This document shows positions 31,206 through 45,252 of a DNA stretch of 64,000 nucleotides, piece after piece. The translations under genes and the position numbers were made by a program. How positions within the stretch are numbered: position 1 is the stretch's first letter; every line of letters begins with the position of its first letter. The notes beneath the pieces were generated by a model. The model was not told the origin of the DNA. It was given only the letters and a program-made list of their open reading frames with translations, and did not search any database. The stretch comes from Eledone cirrhosa (taxonomy: Eukaryota), in the NCBI GenBank assembly GCA_964016885.1, contig OZ024741.1, positions 330,522,001 to 330,586,000 on the forward strand, in the 5' to 3' direction.

Positions 31206-31893
31206 ATGTAGTAACATTTATATACACACAGATGCATATCAATGCTAGCATATTAATGCTAACATATTATTGTTCTGCAACCCCATGCATTGAACGACAT
31301 TGTTAATAAGACAAAACCTATATATTGATATGCATCTGTGTGTATATAAATGTTACTAGATATAAATTCCTTATAATTATCTCCAATTCATTTGTCGAGC
31401 AATATTTGGCCATGACTGCTACTATGGTAGTAGGCTGGCCGCTGTCTTAATAACCACTCGCTTTCCACTGACTGACCTCGATGTCACGTGATTGATTCTT
31501 TTTAAATTTGCCACAGACGTAGAGGCAGTGATTTTCTCAATGGCTTGGAATCCAGTCCACGCTTCGCTATTTCCATTCCACTGAATTATTTTTTTAATAA
31601 GTTTCCAGTGTCCTCGCTATGCCTGGAGACCTATATGGAAAAAGACTTTCCTGATGACGGAATGATTTTCTATATGTTTCTTCGGAAAATATATTTACTC
31701 CATTCCAGAAACTAATTAGTTGGAAGTGATTTTTTAGTAAGTAAGTTAATTTTATAATTTTCTTATTTTACGTCTCTCATATTATTGTTCTGCAACACCA
31801 TGCATTGAACCACATTGTTAATAAGACAAAACCTATATATTTGCTAGGATTGATATGCATCTGTGTGTATATAAATGTTACTAGATATAAATT

Positions 31894-31897
<4 letters not shown>
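31205..31897 (+). mobile_element. ORF-less ~515-bp HHR unit with terminal direct repeat and inverted 5' stub
   Basis: 31263-31375 repeats at 31778-31897; 31209-31243 is inverted relative to ~31324-31358. Confidence 0.7.
31645..31727 (+). ncRNA. Type I hammerhead, family F
   Basis: actttc CTGATGA cggaatg...cattcca GAAA CTAATTAG TT^ ggaagt. Confidence 0.75.
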
Positions 31898-32882
<985 letters not shown>

Positions 32883-33655
32883 TGTAGCTTGTGCCCTTCC
32901 TATCTACGGTTAGCTTTCCTCTTTGTTGTTTACTTGTCTCACTCGCTTTACGCGTTTTAACTGTCCTAGTAACTTAATTTAGTTATTATTTCACCAACGT
33001 GAGGTATATGATTTTTAATGCAATGAAATATCTATGATCGTTAGCAAATCACTGATGAGGGACTCATTTTATAACATGTTATCCATGTGCAACCTGCAGT
33101 ATTCTTCTCCCCATTTTTTCACATATATTTACCTAAACTGCGATTCTGTTTTTCTCTCTCTCTCTCTTACTGCTCCCTCGTTCTCTCTGTTTCTCTTACT
33201 TTCTTTCGCCCCCTCTGTCATGTCAGTTAACACTTTCTCTCTACTGACCTCTTCCTCACACTTCCACTCATTCACTCACTGTTTCTCCCCTTCTCACTTC
33301 ACCCCGTTCGCGACGAAAACAATTTCCTTCTTTCTTACATTTGGATTAATCTCGAAAGGTCTTTTTTCTACGCGCTCATATATTAACCCAGCTTCTGCTG
33401 ACAGAATAACTATGTAGCTTGTGCCCTTCCTATCTACGGTTAGCTTTCCTCTTTGTTGTTTACTTGTCTCACTCGCTTTACGCGTTTTAATTGTCCTAAT
33501 AACTTAATTTAGTTATTATTGCACCAACGTGAGGTATATGACTTTTAATGCAATGAAATATCTATGATCGTTGGCAAATCACTGATGAGGGACTCATTTT
33601 ATAACATGTTATCCATGTGCAACATGCAGTATTCTTCTCCCCATTTTTTCACATA
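32883..33655 (+). repeat. 530-bp period tandem repeat (about 1.45 units)
   Basis: tgtagcttgtgcccttcc...ccattttttcacata recurs at +530. Confidence 0.9.
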
Positions 33656-33669
33656 TATATATATATATA

Positions 33670-33741
<72 letters not shown>

Positions 33742-33750
33742 TATATATAT

Positions 33751-33817
<67 letters not shown>

Positions 33818-33832
33818 TATATATATATATAT

Positions 33833-33877
<45 letters not shown>

Positions 33878-34005
33878 GTAGGAGGTGAGTTTTATTGTAG
33901 TACAATAAAGCAATGCAGATATCGGATAAGAAGCACTCTACAGTTTGTAGGACTGGAGTATACATAATATATAAGATCAAAAGATGGTTAAAGGAGTTCC
34001 ATGTA

Positions 34006-34072
34006 TTTTATTATGCGCATTTCAAAAACAAACATCATCATGCAATAATATTTGTGTTTTCATCAGATAAAA
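34006..34072 (-). ncRNA. Type I hammerhead, family G, in ~235-bp repeat 33877-34111
   Basis: Reverse complement of the 48328-48394 motif. Confidence 0.82.
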
Positions 34073-34111
34073 CAGGAGGACATGATATGAAGGCTAAAAA
34101 ACACTTGTGGA

Positions 34112-34745
34112 CATTTATCCGTTCCACGGATAAATGAACACTGAAAATGAAAAATGAACACTGGCGAGACCTTCAAGATAATAAAGAATCATCTGTACTC
34201 TACCAACATGCTAAGATAGAACACAAGGGTAAATTAGAGAACATAGAAATAAAAATAGAATCTACACACAGAAAAGACGCAATGTTTAGACAAATTATCG
34301 AGGCAATAAACATAAAAGAATTGCAACCAAAATTAAATAGAAAATATGAGTGGAACAGCAACATCACAACTTACAATTAAGGACAAAATGAAAACACACA
34401 CACACATAGAACAAACAACCAACCACTAACATGTAAATAAACACATAAACACACACAGACACCCGGATGTGGCGCATGCGCAGACTGAGCACACAACACA
34501 CACACAGAAACAAAATGGCGTAGGACAGAACAAAGGAGAGGCACAGAAACAAAGAAAGAAATCCCCAGTCACTGAAGAGGTCACAGAGTGTGTGACAAAA
34601 GAACTATGACTATCTGGTTGTGGAACCAACCAACCAACGAGAAATTTATAAATTTGTAAATTTATAAATATATAATAAACTGAAGTGAAAGCAACTGGTG
34701 CGTGTGTTTCTTATTGGCAACATGACCCTCCCAAAGTATAACAAT
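34112..34745 (+). mobile_element. 3' fragment of the Nematis-like PLE (GIY-YIG end + pLTR)
   Basis: NEHWRDLQDNKESSVLYQH...EAINIKELQPKLNRKYEW, then the pLTR ending at ccaaagtataacaatata. Confidence 0.88.
34567..34611 (+). ncRNA. Hammerhead family C, G12->A (likely inactive)
   Basis: agtca CTGAAGA ... AAAA GAAC TA^ tgact. Confidence 0.62.
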
Positions 34746-34882
34746 ATATATATACACATATATATATATAAGCGAAAAGTGAAAACCAACCAAACAGTGA
34801 GTGTGTTCTGTTATTAATTCTGGCAATATTACACAAATATGACCCTCCCCAAGTATAACAATATATATATATATATATATAT

Positions 34883-34939
34883 TGGGCGGTGCCCCAGCAT
34901 GGCCTCAGCCGGATGGCTGAAACAGGTAAAAGAGTAAAA

Positions 34940-34941
<2 letters not shown>
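34883..34941 (+). mobile_element. LINE/SINE 3' tail stub
   Basis: gggcggtgccccagcatggcctcagccggatggctgaaacaggtaaaagagtaaaag, matching 17272-17330. Confidence 0.75.
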
Positions 34942-35006
<65 letters not shown>

Positions 35007-35091
35007 CACATATATATATATATACACACATATATATATATATATACACACATATATATATATATATATTCACACATATATATATATATAC

Positions 35092-35238
<147 letters not shown>

Positions 35239-35453
35239 TATACACACACATATATATATATATACACACATATATATATATTTATATATATATATATACA
35301 CACATATATATATATATATATACACACATATATATATATATATACACATATATATATATATACACACATATATATATATATATACACATATATATATATA
35401 CATATATACATATAAATATATATATATATATACACATATATATACATATATAC

Positions 35454-35510
<57 letters not shown>

Positions 35511-35533
35511 TACATATATATATACATATATAT

Positions 35534-35534
<1 letters not shown>

Positions 35535-35564
<30 letters not shown>

Positions 35565-38500
35565 GGTTTAGCGTCCGTGTTCCACGCTTGCATGGGTTTG
35601 GACGGGGGTTATCCCACTTGAGGCAAGAGTGGTTCTCTTGCTCGCATAGGACTGTCTGGCGGGTTTTTCTACAGCTGGATGCCCTTCCTAACACCAACCA
35701 CATTTACAGTGTGGGGCTGGGAGGTTTTTACCGTGTTGCCTACACGGCCACATTACAGCGTGGACTGTCTGGCGGGTTTTCTACAGCTGGATGCCCTTCC
35801 TAACACCAACCACATTTACAGTGTGGGGCTGGGAGGTTTTTACCGTGTTGCCTACACGGCCACATTTACAGCGTGGACTGTGTGTTTTTTTGTCGTGACA
35901 CCTACACGATCTCATTTGTTTCGGCCTGGATGTTGTGGGACCAACATAACTTTACATTGAAAGGGGCGGTGTGGATGGGGTGGAGGTGGTGGGACGGGGG
36001 TGATGCCTACTGACTGTAGTAGGTTTTTACTTTGTATTTAGGTAAGGCGGGTCTTCTCTATTACTGAGTACCGCCAAAGGTCTCGGTCCAGTGACATTGT
36101 CTTGGAGAGGTGTAAGCGTGTGAGGTCGGAATTTATCAGCTCGTCCCAGGTTTTTCTGGGTCTGCCTACTCCGTGGCTACCGTCTATCTTTATTGCCCTG
36201 CACTTTGTTATACAGCTGTCGTCTTTCATGCGCATCACGTGACCGTACCAACGTAGCCTTCTCTCGAGTAAACAACATCTGATCCCTCTTATTTCTAATT
36301 TTTTCCTTAGTTTGTTTATGCTTAGCCGTTCACGTATATTACTATTACACATCCAGCGGAGCATGCAAGCTTCGTTTCTCTCTAGTCTGCGTATATCCTC
36401 TGCACACAATGCCCAGGTCTCACTGCCATGCAGCATTGCTGTTCGTATGCAGGCATCGTATAACCTGCCTTTCATTTTTAGGGAGAACCCTCTAGCGGCT
36501 AATAGTGGTATAAGCTCTCTGAACTTTTTCCATCCAGTTCTGACTCTAGCTACTGTACTTTCAGAGCACCCTCCCCCACTGCTGATTTTGTCACCCAGGT
36601 AACGGAAGCTGTCCACTATTTCTATAGAACCCTCTGCGCAATTGAAAGAGCTAGTATTTAGTGGGCACTTGCTGCTACTTATTGCACCAGAGCACCGGCC
36701 ACATGTAAAATCTATGTTCTTAGTTAGCTTACCTGTGATCCCACTACATCTTTTATGCACCCATACTTTGCATTGGGGACATAAAATGGAGTTTCTACCT
36801 ACGCCTTTCCTACACACTGAGCATGGCCATTTCCCGGATGGGACCGCTGCCTTATTTTCTTTCCTACAAACTAGAACTTTAGTCTTAGCCAGGTTAATTT
36901 TAAGGCCTTTTGATTCTAGGCCGTGCTTCCATGTTTGGAATTTCTTCTCTAGCTCGGCCATTGATTCAGCTATGAGCGTTAGATCATCTGCGTATAGGAG
37001 TTCCCATGGGCAGCCGGTCTTGAACTCCTCTGTTATAGCCTGAAGGGCAATAATAAATAGTAGGGGGCTAAGGACAGAGCCCTGATGGACACCAACTTTT
37101 ACGCTAAACTCTTCACTATATTCGTTGTTAATTCTAACCTTACTGACTGTTTCTTTATACATAGCTTGTATAGCTCTCACAAGCCATTCGTCAACACCTA
37201 GTTTTCTAAGAGCCCACCAGATAATGGAACGGGGGACTCTGTCGAAGGCTTTCTCCAAGTCGACAAAAGCTAAGTATAGGGGTTTACTTTTAGCTAGGTA
37301 CTTCTCCTGTAGTAGTCGTACAATGAAAAGAGCGTCTGTGGTACTTTTGCCTGACACAAACCCGAACTGCATTTCATCTAGATCAATTCTTTCTTTGATT
37401 AGTTGCGCTATTACTTTTTCCGTGACCTTCATGACCTGGTCGATTAATTTAATGCCTCTATAGTTACTCCTATCTAGGGCATCTCCTTTTCCCTTATAGC
37501 AGTTAACGATGATGCTGCTACGCCAGTCCTTCGGAACAACCCCATTCTGTACGACTTGGTTAACTATCCGGGTGACCATGGTGTGTCCCACCGAACCAGA
37601 TGCCTTCAGCATCTCAGCAACTATTTCCGAAGGCCCAGCCGCCTTACCCGTCTTCATATCTTTGATTGCCTTACTTATTGTACTACCCTCGACTAACACT
37701 GCTGGTCCCTCTATCGGGTCGATGTGGGGGAGACGGCCTTTCTCCCATTTATTCTCCTCATTTAGAAGCTTTTCGTAGTGACACTTCCAAGCTACCTTCT
37801 TATCAGCGTCGGTGATGGCAAGTATGCCATCATCGTTAAGTACACACTTCTCCCCGACAATATCACGGTTTTCCTTGACACATTGCCTAGCAATCCTGAA
37901 CACCTCACGCTTTTGGTCCTCACGTTGTAGAACATGCTTGAACTTTCTTTCCTCTGCTTCCCTTCTTGTGAAGTACACTTGTCTCCTAGCTTCCCTCCTG
38001 GCCACTTGATAGTCTTCTCTACTTCCCCCATCCCGCCATACTTTCCAACCCTGCTTTTTGGCCTTAATTGACTCCTCCACCTTACTGTTCCACCACCATG
38101 TTACTCTCCTCCTACCTACAGGCCTGCTCCAGCCACAGACTTCGTCTGCCGCCGTCAGCAGGTTTGTTTTCAGGAATTCCCACTGTTCCTCTATATTATA
38201 CGACTCTAATTGCTCTTCCTTACTGTCGAAAGCATCAAGTAATATGCTTTGAAATTTATTTCTGGCTATGGGGTCCTTTAGCTTCCATATTTTTCTCCTG
38301 AGGATAGTCCTCTTCCGCTGTCTAGTACGTCTTGTCCTGACTATGAGGTCGCTAATTATCAGTCTATGTTGGGAGGTGAATTCTTCATGGGGGAGGGATT
38401 TAGTGTTAACAACAGACACTCTGTCACGTCTTCTGGTAAGGATATAATCTACCTGGCCTGTGTGTTCCCCCGATCTATAGGTGATCAAGTGATTGTCTCG

Positions 38501-39408
38501 TTTTTTGAAGTTAGTGTTACAGATAGTTAAGTTATTTGCGTCACAGAATTCCAGGATTCTGGAGCCTTCCTCATTTCTAGTACCGAACCCATAGCCTCCA
38601 TGGATTCCGTCATAGCCGTCACAATGTTGTCCAACGTGACCATTTAGGTCGCCTGCAATAATTATATAGTCACTGTCGGTTATTTGGGAGGTAGCGAGCA
38701 TCAGTGTCTCATAGAATCTGTCTTTTATAGCGCCGGGCAGTCCGGATTGGGGTGCGTACGCAGATATTACTGTCACCGTAGTTTTATTGAGGACAAGTCT
38801 TATTTTAATTATTCTGTCGTTCACTCTATTTACGTCTATTATCTTATCTGCCCACTTTTCTGCTACCATGATTCCTACTCCACCCAGCCCATTGTCATTT
38901 CCCACCCAGAAAAGCTTATAGCATCGTTCTTTACCCACGATGAATCTAGCAGACCCTCCCCTCCACCTGGTCTCTTGAATACAACAAACATCGACCTCCT
39001 TACGTTCAAGCATTTCTACAACCTCGTTAGAGCGACCCTTTAAGGTGCCTACGTTCATGGTACCAACTCTGAAGTTTGGGATTGCGTTTTGAGAGTTGGA
39101 GCGGTGGGGCGCGGGGGGGGGGGGGGGTTATGTTAGCCATCCTCGGCCGAAACAAGGAGGATTGCTTGCATTCTCGTCCACGAGGTGAATTTGTCTTTAT
39201 CTTTGGCATTGTCGCTGAGCGTCCACATTTTTCTCTCTTCAACTCTCCAGAATTCCGTAGTCCATCCATCATATCGAAAAGCAACCAGTTAAGCGATAGT
39301 ATGGGCCTCTGACTTATGATTGGTCCACGTAATAATGGTGATGCGTGGTGCCGGGTAGGAGGGATGATGGGTTGTTAGCGAGAATGTAAGGTTTAAGATA
39401 AGATCGCC

Positions 39409-39410
<2 letters not shown>
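35535..39410 (-). mobile_element. Full-length RTE-clade LINE
   Basis: 5' UTR, single APE-RT ORF, 3' UTR with a ~112-bp tandem duplication, (GAT)n tail; flanked by (TA)n. Confidence 0.93.
36038..39058 (-). CDS. RTE APE endonuclease + reverse transcriptase with internal PHD-like zinc finger
   Basis: NVGTL, CIQETRW, SAYAPQ, GDLNGHVG, SQHRL; FVDLEKAFDRV, GVHQGSVLSP, LYADD; CSVC...CPQCKVWVHKRC...CGRC; GRPRKTW. Confidence 0.95.
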   Translation of the reverse strand: MNVGTLKGRSNEVVEMLERKEVDVCCIQETRWRGGSARFIVGKERCYKLFWVGNDNGLGGVGIMVAEKWADKIIDVNRVNDRIIKIRLVLNKTTVTVISAYAPQSGLPGAIKDRFYETLMLATSQITDSDYIIIAGDLNGHVGQHCDGYDGIHGGYGFGTRNEEGSRILEFCDANNLTICNTNFKKRDNHLITYRSGEHTGQVDYILTRRRDRVSVVNTKSLPHEEFTSQHRLIISDLIVRTRRTRQRKRTILRRKIWKLKDPIARNKFQSILLDAFDSKEEQLESYNIEEQWEFLKTNLLTAADEVCGWSRPVGRRRVTWWWNSKVEESIKAKKQGWKVWRDGGSREDYQVARREARRQVYFTRREAEERKFKHVLQREDQKREVFRIARQCVKENRDIVGEKCVLNDDGILAITDADKKVAWKCHYEKLLNEENKWEKGRLPHIDPIEGPAVLVEGSTISKAIKDMKTGKAAGPSEIVAEMLKASGSVGHTMVTRIVNQVVQNGVVPKDWRSSIIVNCYKGKGDALDRSNYRGIKLIDQVMKVTEKVIAQLIKERIDLDEMQFGFVSGKSTTDALFIVRLLQEKYLAKSKPLYLAFVDLEKAFDRVPRSIIWWALRKLGVDEWLVRAIQAMYKETVSKVRINNEYSEEFSVKVGVHQGSVLSPLLFIIALQAITEEFKTGCPWELLYADDLTLIAESMAELEKKFQTWKHGLESKGLKINLAKTKVLVCRKENKAAVPSGKWPCSVCRKGVGRNSILCPQCKVWVHKRCSGITGKLTKNIDFTCGRCSGAISSSKCPLNTSSFNCAEGSIEIVDSFRYLGDKISSGGGCSESTVARVRTGWKKFRELIPLLAARGFSLKMKGRLYDACIRTAMLHGSETWALCAEDIRRLERNEACMLRWMCNSNIRERLSINKLRKKLEIRGIRCCLLERRLRWYGHVMRMKDDSCITKCRAIKIDGSHGVGRPRKTWDELINSDLTRLHLSKTMSLDRDLWRYSVIEKTRLT

Positions 39411-39449
<39 letters not shown>

Positions 39450-39559
39450 TATATACATATATATACATATATATATATATACATATATACATATATATAT
39501 ATACACATATATATATATATACATATATACATATATATATATATATACATATATATATA

Positions 39560-42500
39560 TTTCGTTTCTGAATTTGTTTGGCAAGATTCTTTATCTGAAA
39601 TCGTGTGTTGAAACCGATATTGTTATACTTTGGGAGGGTCATGTTGCCAATAAGAAACACACGTTCCAGTTGCTTTCACTTCAATTTATTATATATTTAT
39701 AAATTTACAAGTTTATAAATTTATAAATTTCTGGTTGGTTGGTTGGTTCCACAACCAGATAGTTGTTTATATATAGTCATAGTCCTTTCGTCACACACTC
39801 TGTGACCTCTTCAGTGACTGGGGATTCCTTTCTTTGTTTCTGTGCCTCTCCTTTGTTCTGTCCTACGCCATTTTGTTTCTGTGTGTGCGTTGTGTGCTCA
39901 GTCTGCGCATGTGCCACATCCGGGTGTATGTGTGTGTTTATGTTCATTTATCTATTTGTTTATTTATTTACTTATTTACATGTTACTGGTTGGTTGTTTG
40001 TTCTATGTGTGTGTGTGTTTTCATTTTGTCCTTAATTGTAAGTTGTGATGTTGCTGTTCCACTCATATTTTCTATTTAATTTTGGTTGTAATTCTTTTAT
40101 GTTTATTGCCTCTGTAATTTGTCTAAACATTGCATCTTTTCTGTGTGTAGATTCTATTTTTATTTCTATGTTCTCTAATTTACCCTTGTGTTCTATCTTA
40201 GCATGTTGGTAGAGTACAGATGATTCTTTATTATCTTGAAGGTCTCGCCAGTGTTCATTTATCCGTTCCCCTATACTACGAGCTGTCTCACCTATGTACA
40301 CTATATTTTTGTCTCTACATTGTCCTTCAGTACATCTTATGCTATACACTACATTTCTAGTTTTACAGTTAATATGGGAGCTTATTTTACAGGTTATACA
40401 TTTCTTATCTATACATGAGGGTCTTTGAAAAGGGTATGTCTTGCTAATAGGTGTTTTTACGGAGGTACCTGGTCTTTCTACTATCTTAATATTGAGTTTA
40501 TGTTTATTTAGGGCCCTTCTAAATTTGTAGGCTAGTTCGCCTCTAGGGGTTGTATCGATGAACATTACACTCTGGTATTTATTGCTATCATACCATGAGT
40601 TTATTCTATTAGCCTTGTTCCTAGTTCTTTCTATTCTATTCCAAAATTTGCTCCTATACAAGGGGCAGGTCCCATTTATGTCATTATTTACCATTTTTTC
40701 CCATTTGGTTCTGGCTCCTCTATACACTCTGATTCTATCTCTCTGATTGTAGCCAGAGAACTGCACACGGTGGATGAAGTGTTGTATGTGTCTCTCTAGT
40801 TCTTCGGAGTTGCACATGCGGGACACATTTCTCATCACCCGTACCAAATCCGCAATCAGTATGTTGATTTTGGTATGGTCCGAAGTGGCCGAGTTTCGGT
40901 GGATCAGGTGTTTGGAAGTCATGGGTTTGGCATAATGGGAATGGAGGATTTGTTAATGCTATCTAACCAGAGCTCTGTGTCTAGTACAGGTAATCGATGG
41001 TTGGGGTGTCTACTTGGGTAGTCTATAGTAACTCTAATGCTCTGGTGGATGGAGTTTGCTATTTGCTGGATGCTTTCCATTGTGTTTTTCTCTAGTTCCT
41101 GACTGTTTTCTAGTGGGGGTGTCTTAACTACGATGTTTATATCATCTACGTAGCGGGAGTACATTATCAGGGTTAAGCTGTCTTCTAATTGTTCTTTAAG
41201 TTTAAATTTAAGTCTACTGTCCCACCATACCATGAATAAGTTAGCTATGTCGCCTGCAATGCTAACACCAATGGCTGCTCCTTCCTCTTGGGCATATGTT
41301 TTTCCATTAAATTTGAACATATGTTCCTTAAGGGTTAGTTTTATGCTGGCCCCTACCGCATGTGCAATCATTTTCTTCAGTTCATTGTGGTTTTCGGGTG
41401 TCCGTATGGCTCTGGTCCACCCGTTCCATCTATCTGTGTGGGTTTTCTTGGCCATTGAGGTAATGGTAGGTGGTCTGCCTCTTGCTGGTCTTGTAGGGCA
41501 CAGGTTGCTAAGGTCATAAGTGTCTAGGTAACTATTACTGTGGGTAAGCTTAAGTAGAAGTCCCAGCTCACTGGTATCAATCCCACAGAACTCAACCTTG
41601 CTCTCGCTGATCATTTCTACGCATTTCTCCACAGCAAAATCCACGTCAATAGATGGATACAGGGACACAACATCCATACTGCCTATTATGCAGTTTGTTA
41701 TGTCCCCAGATCGGTTACTCACGCCGATTCTGCTGAGGAGGTCCTCCGTGCTGTCACATACATCTGGGGACATCTCAATGATGGGGCGTATGATCAGGGA
41801 GAGGAAGTAGGACAGTCTGTAGTTACTAGCAATGTTAGCTCCACAGACTGGCCGTGTTGGTGGTCCCGCGACAGGGTCACAGCCCGTTTTATGGTCTTTT
41901 CGAAGCCCATACAACGCCGGCACGTCATTGTTCCAGGCCTGGAAGTTGTTGGCAGTCCTTTTGTTGGGCTGCATTATATTTGTCTACATCACCATATGGG
42001 CATTGAGGGCTTTTTCTCTATCCTCATGCTCCTGTGGTGTTACCTCTCTTGTGTTAGTGATGAGGGGTTGCATTGCCTGGATGTAGTTTGGCAGGCTGTC
42101 AACCGACATTCTGCCAGGCATTGAATGCGTGTGTGTTGTTGTTGTTGATGTGTGCTGTTGTTGATGTGTGTTGTTGTTGTCTCCGTGTGTGTTATCGTTG
42201 TTGTGTGTGTTGTTATTGTTGTTTGTGTCTGCGTGTCTGTTGTTGTTTCTGGGTATGTTGCTATTGTTGTTGATGTGTGTGTTGTTGTTATTGTTGTTTG
42301 TGTCTGTGTGTCTGTTGTTGTTGGGATGTGTGTTGTATATGTGTGTGCGTATATTGTTGCTTTTGTTTTCGATGCTCCAGCGTAGTTTTGTAAATGATTT
42401 TTCTATTTCTGACAGACAACTAATCATATTTACCTTCTTGAATGTCACAAATTTCGGCGGCAGACATAACACAGACATTTCATCATGATCTATTTTTGCG

Positions 42501-43024
42501 TTCCCATATATGTTGGTGTTTTTGTTGTTGAACTCTTCTGATAATGAGGTGTCGGCCATGTTGATACCGTCAATTTTGTCGGGATATCTATTGGTATACT
42601 CTATAGTATCCTGATTTAGCTTTGCCTGTTTAAGCCACTTTAGTTTCCTGTTAAAGTGCTTATCACATTCTTGAGTAATGCATTGTTCTTCAGGGCGTAT
42701 AAGGCTTATAAATATTAGTTTCTCTCTTGGTGTGGTGATTCTAGTTATTTCTTGTATTAGGTTACGCTCTTGTTTTTCTTGATGACTTAATTCTCTATAG
42801 ATCTTCTTTTTTATGTTTAGAATTAATGTTCGTTTTAGCCTATCTGCTTGTTTTTTGGTGAGTTGTAATCTTCTAACGTCGGTATTGATGGTGTTGGTGT
42901 AGATTCTGGAAGAGGCACACTGCTTTATGAAGGATAGTTGTCGAGATGTTATGGTTTTTCGTAGACAACAGAACATGGTGGTTTTCAGTATCTTGTTAGC
43001 CTGGCTAAGGCTTACGATATTTCG
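39560..43024 (-). mobile_element. Nematis-like PLE, longer 5' end, several frameshifts
   Basis: ORF pieces 41984-42976, 40919-41974 (YVDD intact) and 40032-40922 (VVY...YIGETAR); pLTR 39560-40030. Confidence 0.9.
39775..39819 (-). ncRNA. Minimal hammerhead, family C (best-preserved copy)
   Basis: agtca CTGAAGA ggtcacagagtgtgtgac GAAA GGAC TA^ tgact. Confidence 0.78.
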
Positions 43025-43065
43025 ATATATGTATATATATATATGTATATATGTATATATATATG

Positions 43066-43113
<48 letters not shown>

Positions 43114-43151
43114 GGTATATATATATATGTATATATATATATACGTATATA

Positions 43152-43220
<69 letters not shown>

Positions 43221-43235
43221 ATATTTATATATATG

Positions 43236-43286
<51 letters not shown>

Positions 43287-43503
43287 GTATATATATATAT
43301 GTATATATATATATGTATATATGTATATATATATATGTATATATATATGTATATATATATATGTATATATATATATGTATATATATATATGTATATATAT
43401 ATATATGTATATATATATGTATATATATATATATGTATATATATGTATATATATATATGTATATATGTATATAAATATATATATGTATATGTATATATAT
43501 ATG

Positions 43504-43534
<31 letters not shown>

Positions 43535-43537
43535 GTG

Positions 43538-43568
<31 letters not shown>

Positions 43569-43727
43569 GTATATATGTATATAAATATATATATGTATAT
43601 ATATATATATGTATATAAATATATATATGTATATATATATATATGTATATATATGTATATATATATATGTATATATATATATGTATATATACATATGTAT
43701 ATATATATATGAATATTTATTAAAATA

Positions 43728-43803
43728 ACAGATTAAAGTTTAAGCAAAGAATCGCTGCTTTCACCCTTAACGGGATCTTCTGAAACTAACAAAGTCAATC
43801 TGT
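43728..43803 (-). ncRNA. Extended type I hammerhead-like motif, family H (CAGAAGA core)
   Basis: Reverse complement of 45431-45506. Confidence 0.68.
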
Positions 43804-44706
43804 AAACTCAGAACTGGATATTTCAAAAAACGTTGCAACTGGAGGAAGACAGGAAGACGATACTTTGGTTCGTGGAAACGTTCGTTGAAAAAGAACGGGA
43901 AAAAACGAATAAAACGTAATTAATAGGAGCGGTGAAAAACAATTACGCGCAAAGACAGAACCACGTTTATGGTATAAAAGAGGTCGTAGACTAATGTTCT
44001 CTTAGGTGGTGCATAGAGACGTTCTCTGGCAATGAACGAAAATACGAAGATAATACGTCATATGTGGTGCGTGGAGAACAATAGCAAGCAAAGACAAAAC
44101 CACGTAAATGGTATAGCAGAAGTCGTAGAATAAAATTCTAACTAGGAGACCAAATGAATCTCCGCTACAGAGTTAAGAACAAAGTAAATAAATACAATAC
44201 AGAAGTAATAGAAATAAATAAATGCATACACGCAAACAAATACGTACATACACAAGCATACGCAAAACCTTACCATAGGTATACAAAACCACGCACATAT
44301 AAATGTGTGTGTGTGTATGCGTGTATACAAATAAAAAATTATATAAACGTATATAAATAAATAAATACGTATATAACAAGCGCACACACATACCTACATA
44401 TAAATACACGAATGTTCGGAGACGTAAGTCAACTAAAACAAGAAGTACACATACACACACCCACCATACGTACGAACCTACATACTCACACAGACGCAAA
44501 ACTCCCATATACACATAGCCAAACCCTATGTACTAGAAAATATAAAATTATATGCCATAACAATCAAATATACGTACGAGAAGTTATACGTACCTTCACA
44601 AAACATACGGGTAATATATACTTACCTATGCAAATAAGTAAAGGAATAAACAAAACATATACTTAGCTCCCACATCAAGACGTAAAATATCCACGTATAG
44701 ATCGTA

Positions 44707-45252
44707 CTATCCGTTAGGGTATAACGTGGGGCTGTAATACAGGAAAGTTTTGTGCAATTTATGTTTACAAGCCGAAATTGCCTCAGATTTTTTGTTTAAG
44801 ATGTGGTCTGTGGCGTAGAGTATTTCCAGGGCCTCAGCGGCGCAGAGGTCACATGGTCTTTTATTACCGTTATACGATCTAGCCCTAGCTAGGATCTCCC
44901 AATGTAACTTATATTGGGTGTGGTTGTCTTTTAGACTCCAGATATAAGCTGAAAGTGACGTCATATTCCTTCTTAGAGGGTAACGAAAAGAATGGGTATG
45001 CATGTAAAGACGCTGCTTGAAACTATTGGCGGTTAACCCTATGTAGGCCCTACGGGACGTGGGTGTTACAACCTTACATTTGTAGACAATGTTACTAGAG
45101 AGGCATTTCCCGGATAGGGGGTAATCAGCCCGATTCCTACAATTACAGTTAGTACTAACTACAGGGTTGCACGTGTTCCTACGGCTAGGTAGTTTAGCTA
45201 AATTTGAAGCTGTGATGTTATGTGCAAGGTTAGGAGTCGTAGAGTAAGACAT
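44707..45252 (-). pseudogene. PLE GIY-YIG endonuclease fragment
   Basis: CNCRNRADYPLSGKC..NIVYKC...YIGLTANSFKQR...CDLCAAE...LNKKSE. Confidence 0.88.
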
